Assembly: GCA_048941265.1 (NCBI GenBank)
Contig: JBHLNT010000077.1
Location: forward strand, 1-17,565
Length of the DNA stretch: 17,565 bases
Direction: 5' to 3'
Source: Promethearchaeota archaeon
GTDB taxonomy: Archaea; Asgardarchaeota; Lokiarchaeia; Sigyniarchaeales; SOKP01
Both the position numbers and the translations under genes were made by a program. Positions within the stretch are counted from its first letter, which is position 1. Each line of letters opens with the position of its first letter. Positions 8,610 to 16,213 of this stretch are shown here, piece after piece. The notes beneath the pieces were generated by a model. That model saw nothing but the letters and a program-made list of their open reading frames with translations. It was not told where the DNA came from and searched no databases.

Positions 8610-9044
8610 ATAGGAAAGCCAAAAGGATTATACGCTGCCAGACAACTGAAAAAAAATCGCAAGAAATTCAGGTGGAGTAAAACTAAATACAAAAGGAAAA
8701 AATTAAAATTAAAACAAAAGGCAGATCCACTTGAAGGTTCCCCGCAAGCACTGGGTATTGTTTTACAAAAAGTCGGAAGAGAAAGTAAACAGCCTAACTC
8801 TGCAATTCGAAAATGTGTAAGAGTTCAATTAAAAAAAAATGGTAAAGGTGTTACTGCTTTTTTACCTGGGGATGGTGCTCTCAATTTCATAGAAGAACAC
8901 GATCGTGTGATCGTTGAAGGGATTGGTGGCGCAAAGGGGCGTGCTGTTGGAGATCTTCCAGGAGTGAGATGGAAAGTAGTTAGTGTCAATGGTGTTAGCT
9001 TACAAGCCTTATTAACTGGAAAGAAAGAAAAGCCAATGAGGTAA
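8610..9044 (+). CDS. rps12: 30S ribosomal protein uS12, 144 aa, non-canonical ATA start
   Basis: Not in the ORF track. Manual translation gives (M)[22 protein letters not shown]...[36 protein letters not shown]...[17 protein letters not shown]...[29 protein letters not shown]. There is an in-frame TAA at 8589-8591 and no ATG/GTG/TTG between it and the conserved GKP. Confidence 0.95.
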   Translation: MGKPKGLYAARQLKKNRKKFRWSKTKYKRKKLKLKQKADPLEGSPQALGIVLQKVGRESKQPNSAIRKCVRVQLKKNGKGVTAFLPGDGALNFIEEHDRVIVEGIGGAKGRAVGDLPGVRWKVVSVNGVSLQALLTGKKEKPMR

Positions 9045-9049
9045 ATTAG

Positions 9050-9664
9050 ATGAGTAAAAGTAAATTAGACGTCAAACTTTTCAATAAATGGTCTTTTGAG
9101 AACATTGAGGTAAAAGATTTCACCTTAGAAAACTACATTAATTTGAAACCCATTATCATACCATCATCGTGTGGGCGGCATGAACATAAAAGATTTTGGA
9201 AGTCAAATATTTCGATTGTTGAAAGGTTGTTAAATAGACTCTTATCGCCAGGATTTATAGGAAGCAAAATAAGAGGTCATAAAAGTTCATACAATTCTGG
9301 AAAGAAAAATAAATTGATAAAAAGTATAAAAACTGCATTTACCTTAATAGAACATGTTACTGGAGAAAATCCTCTTCAAATTTTAGTAGATGCAATATGT
9401 AATACTGCTCCAAGAGAAGAAACAACTAGAATTGCTATGGGTGGTATTTCTTATGCTTCAGCTGTTGATATAGCTCCTCAAAGAAGAGTAGATTTAGCAG
9501 TAAAATATTTAGTTCAAGCAGTAGGTGCAAGATCTCATAGTAATCTACATAATTTTGAAGAAAATTTAGCACAGGAGCTTGTACTGGCTTCAAAAAACTC
9601 ACAAGAATCTAGAGCTGTAAAAAGAAAAGATGAAATTGAAAGAATTGCAGTTTCAGCAAGATAA
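9050..9664 (+). CDS. rps7: 30S ribosomal protein uS7
   Basis: KLFNKWS, GRHEHKRF, NPLQILVDAI.NTAPREETTRI, AVDIAPQRRVD and KRKDEIERIAVSAR. Confidence 0.97.
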   Translation: MSKSKLDVKLFNKWSFENIEVKDFTLENYINLKPIIIPSSCGRHEHKRFWKSNISIVERLLNRLLSPGFIGSKIRGHKSSYNSGKKNKLIKSIKTAFTLIEHVTGENPLQILVDAICNTAPREETTRIAMGGISYASAVDIAPQRRVDLAVKYLVQAVGARSHSNLHNFEENLAQELVLASKNSQESRAVKRKDEIERIAVSAR

Positions 9665-9800
9665 ATTTTCTATATTTTGAGTCTAATTTTTAAATATATC
9701 ACTTCAATATCACCTATATATTATCTCAAATTGGTCTGTCATTTATAACTTCCTTAATTTTTATATTTTTGATGAACCTATTATTTTATAATTAGAGATA

Positions 9801-9831
9801 AGAGAATAAACTAAATCAGAGAATAATCTAA
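9801..9831 (+). repeat. Imperfect 14-bp tandem direct repeat at the start of the wHTH-ATP-cone gene
   Basis: AGAGAATAAACTAA (9801-9814) and AGAGAATAATCTAA (9818-9831) differ by 1 base. A TATA-like TTTTATAA lies at 9784-9791. Confidence 0.4.
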
Positions 9832-11822
9832 TGAGTTCCGACAAAAATATTAAAGATATAGGAAATTTTCTAAAAGTATTACAGCAACCTATTAGACGGG
9901 AAATCTTAAACAAATTGAATTCATGTGAGAATCCTATGTCATTTTCAATGCTTCAGAAAGAAGTTTTAGGCAAAATTTCCACTTCTGTGAATTTTTCTTT
10001 TTATATAAAGCCCTTAAAAAGTCTAGCTTTAATCTCATCTAAAGAAGATGGATATTTAATTACAAATTTAGGAAAAAAACTCTTAAAACTCATTTTAAAT
10101 ATGGAACAAGTTCTTATTCAAAATAAAAAACCAGTTATGATTAGAACTTCAAAGTATTCTAAAGAAAAATTTGATATTAATAAAATCGAGGAATACTTGA
10201 TTAAAGAGGGTGAATTAAATCCTAATTTGGCAAAAGGTATCGCCAACCAAGTTAAAAAACGTCTTAAAACTACGAAAATCGATTATCTTACAGCACCCTT
10301 AATGAGAGAATTTATAAATTCTATTCTTATAGAAAATAATTTGGAAGATGTAAGGCATAAATTGACCCGATTAGGCACACCTCCTTATGAAGTCTCAAAA
10401 TATTTTAAAAATTATGATATTTCCCCTTTAGATTTTATCGACATTTTAGGATCAGATGTTTCTGAACAATATCTACTCTTAAATTTATTACCGAAAACTT
10501 TTGCTGATATGTACTTGTCGGGAGAGATTATACTTCTTCATTTAAATCAATGGGCTTTAAGACCATTAAGTATTTACTTGCCCACTAATAATTTTTTAGA
10601 AAAACTTTATCAAAATAATTCTACTTTACCAAAAGAGTTTAAAAATATCAATGAGATAATACGATTAATCCTAAAATTTATAGATCTCTTAAATATCTTT
10701 CGTCCTTACTTTTCTGAAGATATTTTATTAAGTGAATTTAATTCAAAATTTTTAACTTATTTATACAGTCTTAAAAATGAACATATATCTGAGATATCTA
10801 AATTATTAATTTCTCAATTATTTGAATATAGTGAATATTTTAGAGACAATAAACCACATATAACATTAGATTTTAATTATGAAAATAATGGGGTAGCTAG
10901 CTGTGAAATCTCCTCCTTATTTCAAAATGATTGTTTGTTTTTAAAAACTCTCCATCAAGAAAAATTTCTAAATAGAAAATTTAAAAGTCCATTAATTCTA
11001 TTTGATTACTTCAATATTTTTAACTCAATATATAATGAAAATATTATTAATGAGTTATTTCTCCTTACTCGTTTAAAAAATATTATATTTTACAATCATA
11101 ATGCTTCTAATTTGTTAAATTCAGCAATAATAAGAGTTAAAAATCAGGATTGTAATGAAAATAATATAATTTTGGACAAAATATTAATAAATTTAAAACT
11201 TATAGCCCTTAAGGCAAATCAAAATGATGAGATGTTTTATAGTTTATTACAAGATAAATTAAATTTGGTCTTTGAATTTTTTGATTATAAAGGAACCTTG
11301 GTTGCTAAAAAATTAGATCATATGAATGATTGGAAATTTATAATTACAAAGGTTTTAGGAAAGAAATTAGGAGACTGGGTGATGGATTCCTTAAAATCAA
11401 TTAGCTTCATAGGATTAAATGAAGCAATTAAATATCATTGCGGTATAGAGCTTGATAGAATTGAGAATAGTCAAAAATTTGGTTTAAATATTTTATCTTT
11501 TCTTAGAGATTTAATTAATGAAAAAAATGAAACTGAAAATACAAATTATAACTTAAGTCAACCCTGTGATATTAAAGTTTTAAATGGTGTTAAAACCTTT
11601 CATATTCCCTGTAGCTTTAAGAATCATGATCCATTAAAATTAATTAAAACTAACTCTAACTTATCATTAGATAAAAAAATTTTGTTATTCAAGAAGTTTG
11701 AAAAAATACTTGATGGTGGAACTTTATTTAATTTTATCTTAGATTCAACTCAGAGTCTAAATAAAGAAGATTTGGATTTCTTGATTGAATCTAATCTGCA
11801 AGCTTTTACTATAAATCGTTAA
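9831..11822 (+). CDS. ArsR-like wHTH + ATP-cone + degenerate class III ribonucleotide reductase (NrdD)-like fusion, probably catalytically inactive
   Basis: aa ~10-90 form a wHTH (LKVLQQPIRREIL...MSFSMLQ...NFSFYIKPL...GYLITNLGKKL). aa ~101-185 form an ATP cone (VMIRTS...EKFDINKIEEYLIKE...A..IA..V...LTAPLMREFINSILIE). NrdD-like blocks follow: TRLGTPPYEV, LPKTFADMYLSGEI, INLKLIALKANQNDEMF, ISFIGLNEAIKYHCG, LDGG. The C-terminal CxxC..CxxC and R(V/I)xGY motifs are absent. Confidence 0.8.
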   Translation: MSSDKNIKDIGNFLKVLQQPIRREILNKLNSCENPMSFSMLQKEVLGKISTSVNFSFYIKPLKSLALISSKEDGYLITNLGKKLLKLILNMEQVLIQNKKPVMIRTSKYSKEKFDINKIEEYLIKEGELNPNLAKGIANQVKKRLKTTKIDYLTAPLMREFINSILIENNLEDVRHKLTRLGTPPYEVSKYFKNYDISPLDFIDILGSDVSEQYLLLNLLPKTFADMYLSGEIILLHLNQWALRPLSIYLPTNNFLEKLYQNNSTLPKEFKNINEIIRLILKFIDLLNIFRPYFSEDILLSEFNSKFLTYLYSLKNEHISEISKLLISQLFEYSEYFRDNKPHITLDFNYENNGVASCEISSLFQNDCLFLKTLHQEKFLNRKFKSPLILFDYFNIFNSIYNENIINELFLLTRLKNIIFYNHNASNLLNSAIIRVKNQDCNENNIILDKILINLKLIALKANQNDEMFYSLLQDKLNLVFEFFDYKGTLVAKKLDHMNDWKFIITKVLGKKLGDWVMDSLKSISFIGLNEAIKYHCGIELDRIENSQKFGLNILSFLRDLINEKNETENTNYNLSQPCDIKVLNGVKTFHIPCSFKNHDPLKLIKTNSNLSLDKKILLFKKFEKILDGGTLFNFILDSTQSLNKEDLDFLIESNLQAFTINR

Positions 11823-12739
11823 TCCTTTAATAATTCAGCTAAAAGTGCTTTTCTTAGTTGCAGACCATAATTTGTTTGTTTAAAATAAATAGCCTTTTCT
11901 GAATAATCTACATCAGGAGAAATTTCGGTAATTCGAGGTAAGGGATGCATTAATTTGAAATTACTTTTTGTTGCTTTTAAGTCATCCTTATTAAACACAT
12001 AAATTCCTTTAACTCGTTCATATTCTTCTTGATCAACAAATCTTTCTTTTTGGATTCTTGTGATATAAAGTACATCTAAAACGTCTAGTACTTTTCTATA
12101 TTTTGTTAGTTCTTTAAATTTTGCTCCTTTTTCATTAATCAAGAACTCTTTGTATCGATTCCTAATTGCTAATTCAGGGGGGCTGATAAAATAAAGGTTA
12201 ACCTCATAATTTGATAATAATATTGATAAAGAATGGACTGTCCTACCATACTTTAAATCTCCCATAATACCAATGTTTAATCCATCTAAAGATCCACATT
12301 CTTCAGAAATAGTAAGTAAATCGAGCAATCCTTGAGTTGGATGTTCTCCACTTCCCGAGCCAGCGTTAATTATTGGTATTTTAGCAAAATTTGCTGCTAG
12401 TTTGGCAGATCCTTCTAATGGATGTCTCATTACTATACAATCACAGTAGTTTTCTACAGTTCGTATCGTATCTGCAATACTTTCCCCTTTTTTAATTGAA
12501 GAAACATCTCCTGATTGAAAACCAATGACATTTCCACCTAATCTATACATGGCAGATTCAAAACTTAGACGAGTACGAGTTGATGGTTCAAAAAATAAAG
12601 TAGCAAGTATCTTTCCTCTAAGTAAGTTTGAGTTAGTATTTTTTATCATTTCTCTGCCTTTTTTCAAAATATATCCAATATCTTCTCTATTGAATTGCTT
12701 AGCACTTATAATTCCTTCTTCAAATTTCTCCTTAAACAT
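11819..12739 (-). CDS. pyrB: Aspartate carbamoyltransferase catalytic subunit
   Basis: FFEPSTRTRLSF, KKGES..DT, INAG.G..EHPTQ, GDLKYGRTVHS, TRIQKERF and MHPLPR. It shares the TTAA at 11819-11822 as overlapping stop codons with the convergent gene. Confidence 0.97.
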   Translation of the reverse strand: MFKEKFEEGIISAKQFNREDIGYILKKGREMIKNTNSNLLRGKILATLFFEPSTRTRLSFESAMYRLGGNVIGFQSGDVSSIKKGESIADTIRTVENYCDCIVMRHPLEGSAKLAANFAKIPIINAGSGSGEHPTQGLLDLLTISEECGSLDGLNIGIMGDLKYGRTVHSLSILLSNYEVNLYFISPPELAIRNRYKEFLINEKGAKFKELTKYRKVLDVLDVLYITRIQKERFVDQEEYERVKGIYVFNKDDLKATKSNFKLMHPLPRITEISPDVDYSEKAIYFKQTNYGLQLRKALLAELLKD

Positions 12740-12899
12740 TGCCCATCTTCTAAATATGTATTTATTAAAATTATGTAAAAATTGTTTAAATTATTTTTTA
12801 TTAAGCCAAAAATTTTATGCTTAAACGAAACTGAACTCATAAAATTTAAAATTTATAATTAACTTTCTATGTTATTAAGAAAGGAAAGGTCTGTGAAAA

Positions 12900-13181
12900 T
12901 TGAAATTTCCTCGAACGATAAATAGATACTGTCCGACGTGTAGAACTCATACAGTGCATAATGTTGCTATTTATAAAAAGGGAAAAGAACGAATGTTAAA
13001 TCAGGGAAGAAGGAGAGTAGAGAGAAAGAAAAGAGGATATGGCTCTTTTCCGAAAGAAATTTTTCATAAGAATGCCAAAATTAACAAGAAAACTTTACCC
13101 TTATTAGAATGCTCTGAATGTGGTAAAAAACAATATGGTAAAGCTTATCGTGTAAAAAAAGTTGATATACAAGAAAAATAA
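12900..13181 (+). CDS. rpl44e: 50S ribosomal protein eL42 (L44e), TTG start
   Basis: RYCPTCRTHTVH...GRRR..RK.RGYG...K..KK...LECSECGK zinc ribbon. The first codon at 12900-12902 is TTG. Confidence 0.95.
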   Translation: MKFPRTINRYCPTCRTHTVHNVAIYKKGKERMLNQGRRRVERKKRGYGSFPKEIFHKNAKINKKTLPLLECSECGKKQYGKAYRVKKVDIQEK

Positions 13182-13197
13182 GAGATGAGAAATTAAC

Positions 13198-13404
13198 ATG
13201 GTAAAAAATAAAAAAAATACGGAACTTATCCCCCAACCAAAATCTCGATTTTTACGAGTAAAATGCTTAAATTGCGGAAATCAGCAAATTATTTTTGGTT
13301 GTGCTGCCACTGACGTAGCCTGTTTAGTTTGTGGGAAAACTTTACTCCAATCTACTGGTGGAAAGGCTCGTATCCTTACAAAAATATTGGAAGTTCTTAC
13401 CTAA
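13198..13404 (+). CDS. rps27e: 30S ribosomal protein eS27
   Basis: [22 protein letters not shown]...[18 protein letters not shown]. Canonical partner of rpl44e. Confidence 0.96.
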   Translation: MVKNKKNTELIPQPKSRFLRVKCLNCGNQQIIFGCAATDVACLVCGKTLLQSTGGKARILTKILEVLT

Positions 13405-13479
13405 AGAAAATACTTATTTTTGATTTTTTAAAAAAAATTCTCTTTAAATTATATAATTTGAAGTGTCTTTTAGTTCAGA

Positions 13480-13501
13480 TCGTGAAACATCTCTTTCACG
13501 A
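13480..13501. other. Inverted repeat (8-bp stem, 6-nt loop) between convergent rps27e and the nucleoside phosphorylase gene
   Basis: TCGTGAAA-CATCTC-TTTCACGA. T-rich tracts follow rps27e at ~13417-13429. Function unproven. Confidence 0.4.
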
Positions 13502-13576
13502 AATTTTCAATCTCTCGAGATAATACTAGGATAATTTTCTGATAATATCAATAAAAAAGGACTTACGTTAAATTTT

Positions 13577-14347
13577 TTATAATTCAAGACAGACTTCCAC
13601 AGCAAGCCAAAAAAATTTTTCTGGAAATTTACGAGCCCTTAATGAGATCCTAGGATCCCATTCAATACCGCTTATATCATCACTTCCTGCTAATATATAT
13701 CCTAATTGAACGTTCCTAAATTGTGCGACTGCAAAAAGTGCGGAGGCTTCCATTTCAACAATAATAGCTCCTTCTCTCTTTCTTTTTTCGATTTTTTTTG
13801 GAGTTTCCCTATAAAAAGCATCTGTCGTCCAAGTTTTACCACAGATATATTTTATTTGTTTTGCATCCAAACTTTTCTGGATTTTCGTAATAATATTAGG
13901 ATCAGCAGAAATTTCTCGACTGGGGGGGATATAATGATATGAAGTTCCCTCATCGCGAATTGCGGCAGTAGGGATGATAAATTGCCCTCGTGCTATCGTC
14001 TTATCTAATACTCCACATGATCCAAACGCAAGAAACTTCTTACATCCTGATGCAATAGCAAATTCTAAGTTACCTGCTGCAAATGGAGCACCGAGACCGG
14101 AAGTCATTACTGCTAGGCGTTTACCATTATGTTCTAATTCATATAAAGGATAGGGAGGAATGGCAAATCCAATATCATATGTAATCACTTTTAGAATTCC
14201 TTTCTTTTTAAGGCGCTCAAGAGTTTTAAAATAGAAAGGGAAAAGGCAGTGTTCAGGTACATCCAATTCATGAACGATCTGAGATGGGTTGACTAGCGCA
14301 TTACGCTCATCATCATATTCAATTATGGGAAAATCACGTGAATCCAT
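13577..14347 (-). CDS. Nucleoside phosphorylase (PNP/UDP family I)
   Basis: GLGAPFAA..LE, FGSCGVL, AIRDEGTSYHY, TWTTDAFYRET, VEMEASALFAVA and SD. Confidence 0.92.
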   Translation of the reverse strand: MDSRDFPIIEYDDERNALVNPSQIVHELDVPEHCLFPFYFKTLERLKKKGILKVITYDIGFAIPPYPLYELEHNGKRLAVMTSGLGAPFAAGNLEFAIASGCKKFLAFGSCGVLDKTIARGQFIIPTAAIRDEGTSYHYIPPSREISADPNIITKIQKSLDAKQIKYICGKTWTTDAFYRETPKKIEKRKREGAIIVEMEASALFAVAQFRNVQLGYILAGSDDISGIEWDPRISLRARKFPEKFFWLAVEVCLEL

Positions 14348-14366
14348 TTACTAATACCATATTATG

Positions 14367-14378
14367 ATTTTATAAAAT
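14367..14378 (-). promoter_or_regulatory. Putative TATA box of the nucleoside phosphorylase gene (leaderless spacing)
   Basis: ATTTTATAAAAT is centred ~25 nt upstream of ATG 14347. The AT-rich background lowers confidence. Confidence 0.35.
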
Positions 14379-14430
14379 AAAAATTAATCCAAATATTAAA
14401 ATAATTTATGTATGAGCTAGTCTAGCTATA

Positions 14431-14439
14431 GAAAAAAAG
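14431..14439 (-). terminator. Putative oligo(U) terminator after tfs
   Basis: The minus strand reads CTTTTTTTC about 8 nt after the tfs stop, followed by the palindrome AGCTAG-T-CTAGCT (14415-14427). Confidence 0.4.
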
Positions 14440-14447
14440 AACTATTT

Positions 14448-14786
14448 TTAATATTCGCGCCAAGTGTATTTACACTTTACACATCTGAAAAAGGTCGTAC
14501 TTGGCTCATCAGCACTCCTTGTTTGTGATTGCCAAGTTTCAGCTTCCATATGATTACATTTTGGACAAATTTTAGTCATTTTAGGATAAATTGATATTTT
14601 ATCATCATCAGATACAACAATCAAATTCTTCTCTAATTTGTCCTTCTTTTTCCGAATTGTTTTTTTTATTTGCTCTTTATCAGTTTCAATCTCCTTTTGA
14701 TATCCACACTTACAAGCTAAGTATGTTTTTCCGCTTTCACGTTTTTTTCTTAAAAGATTAGAACATTCCGGGCAAAATTCAACCAT
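14448..14786 (-). CDS. tfs: Transcription factor S (TFIIS/RpoM-like cleavage factor)
   Basis: N-terminal FCPECSNLL...CKCGY ribbon and C-terminal CPKC...QTRSADEPSTTFFRCVKC ribbon with an intact acidic DE dipeptide. Confidence 0.95.
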   Translation of the reverse strand: MVEFCPECSNLLRKKRESGKTYLACKCGYQKEIETDKEQIKKTIRKKKDKLEKNLIVVSDDDKISIYPKMTKICPKCNHMEAETWQSQTRSADEPSTTFFRCVKCKYTWREY

Positions 14787-14798
14787 TTTTCTTAAAAC

Positions 14799-15122
14799 TC
14801 AGTTTAGTTCTTCAAGTTCCTTTTTTAGTTGATATAATTTTTGATAATATTTGAAGTTCAGTTTATTCATATCCTGAATAATTTCTGGATTAATCATTTT
14901 CTCGCCTTCAATCGTAATAGATATATCTCCAATCACATTAATTAAGTCTTTTTCTTTAAATTTTAATTCGAAATTTTTTAAATTGACCTTAATTTCATCA
15001 GATTCGTCGTCTAAAATGAAATTTTCTTCCGAAATACTTTTTATATAGCCTGTAACTTGGATTCTCTCATCCGAATTTTTAATATCCTTTATTATCCTCT
15101 GCTTCGCGTATTTACTTTCCAT
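14799..15122 (-). CDS. Small OB-fold protein, replication protein A small subunit (RPA14/RPA3)-like
   Basis: The pattern R.IKDI...DERIQVTG...FILDD.S..IKV...DLINVIG...EIIQDM..L plus a C-terminal amphipathic helix resembles my recollection of Thermococcales RPA14. It lies next to pcn. Confidence 0.7.
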   Translation of the reverse strand: MESKYAKQRIIKDIKNSDERIQVTGYIKSISEENFILDDESDEIKVNLKNFELKFKEKDLINVIGDISITIEGEKMINPEIIQDMNKLNFKYYQKLYQLKKELEELN

Positions 15123-15394
15123 CTAAATCAATAACTTTCAATTATTTATAGAAAATCTTTTTGATTTTTTTTTTTATATGCATTGATAATTATGTATCTA
15201 ATTAAATAAAAGAAACAAATTAATAATTAGTTTGAGTATATTCATTAATAAAATACGCTAATATAGGTTTAGTATAAATAACTAATTCAAAACTAACAAC
15301 AAAGAGTTATTAAAAGACTAATATCAAATTTTATAAAAAGTGCCATTAAAACAATATTATCGAAAATAGAATTCTATAAAAGAGCAAATAAATT

Positions 15395-16198
15395 ATGAGT
15401 TTTACATTAAAAATAGAAAATAGTCGGATTTTAAAAGGTATTATTGAAACTCTTTCCAGTATCATAGATGAAACAGAATTTCGAGTAAGTCCATCTGAGT
15501 TTACGATCTCTGCGATGGATCCGAGCAGAATCTGCTTATTAAAACTGTCAATCAAAAAAGATAATTTTGATGAATACATCTGTAAGAAAGAATCTAAAGT
15601 TGGGTTAAATTTAGATGATTTAGATAAGATTTTGAGAAGAAGTGCTGCCAATGATACTATTGAAATTGATTTTAATGAGGAAGATCAAAAAATTAAGATT
15701 AAAATGACTCGTGAGGGGAGTTCTCGTTCACGTTCCTTCAGTCTAGCTCTATTAGATATTGAATATGAAGAAATACCCATGGACAATTTATTAAAAATTG
15801 AATATTCTTCAAAATGGGTAACTGATCCTGAACTTTTAGTAGAAGCTATTAAGGATGCTGAGATTTACGCCGAAATTTTAAACATGAAAACAACTAAAGG
15901 TAAAGGATTAACTTTCAGCTCATCGGGACAGATAGGTGAGATGAATTATGAAATAGGGCTTGATGAGTTAATTGATTCAGACATTAATGAAGATTCTAGT
16001 GCAGCATACTCACTTACCTTCTTGAAAGCCATATTAAAAATTGCTTCAATTACTGAAAAATTAGAAATCTCTCTAAGGACCGATCATCCATTAAAAATGG
16101 TCTTCAACCTTCTTGAAGGTGGGGAATTATTTTATTTTCTCGCACCTCGAGTAGAGGAAGAAGAATATGATGAGGACGAGGATATGGACGAATTTTAA
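15395..16198 (+). CDS. pcn: Proliferating cell nuclear antigen (DNA sliding clamp)
   Basis: IIDE..F, AMDPSRICL, FDEY, VGLNLDDLDKILRR, AYSL.FL, PLK..F and YFLAPRVE, followed by an acidic tail. Confidence 0.97.
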   Translation: MSFTLKIENSRILKGIIETLSSIIDETEFRVSPSEFTISAMDPSRICLLKLSIKKDNFDEYICKKESKVGLNLDDLDKILRRSAANDTIEIDFNEEDQKIKIKMTREGSSRSRSFSLALLDIEYEEIPMDNLLKIEYSSKWVTDPELLVEAIKDAEIYAEILNMKTTKGKGLTFSSSGQIGEMNYEIGLDELIDSDINEDSSAAYSLTFLKAILKIASITEKLEISLRTDHPLKMVFNLLEGGELFYFLAPRVEEEEYDEDEDMDEF

Positions 16199-16213
16199 AA
16201 AAAGTTCATAAAT

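Noticed and set aside
8610-9044. rps12 as a pseudogene because it lacks a standard start codon
   Set aside because: The coding sequence is full length and conserved, sits in the canonical operon and has an SD-like motif. A non-canonical start or a base error is more plausible.
9711-9725. CACCTATATATTATC resembling a bacterial NrdR box upstream of the ATP-cone gene
   Set aside because: It is a partial, single-copy match made mostly of A/T, which is expected by chance here.
12525-12824. 99-aa plus-strand ORF
   Set aside because: Mostly antisense to pyrB, with no recognisable motif.
13329-13942. Plus-strand ORFs 13329..13523 and 13706..13942 (the latter with a Cys cluster)
   Set aside because: The first overlaps rps27e out of frame and runs into T-rich intergenic DNA. 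The second is antisense to the nucleoside phosphorylase, and its Cys residues derive from reverse-complemented codons.
15346-15651. 101-aa minus-strand ORF
   Set aside because: Antisense shadow of pcn.
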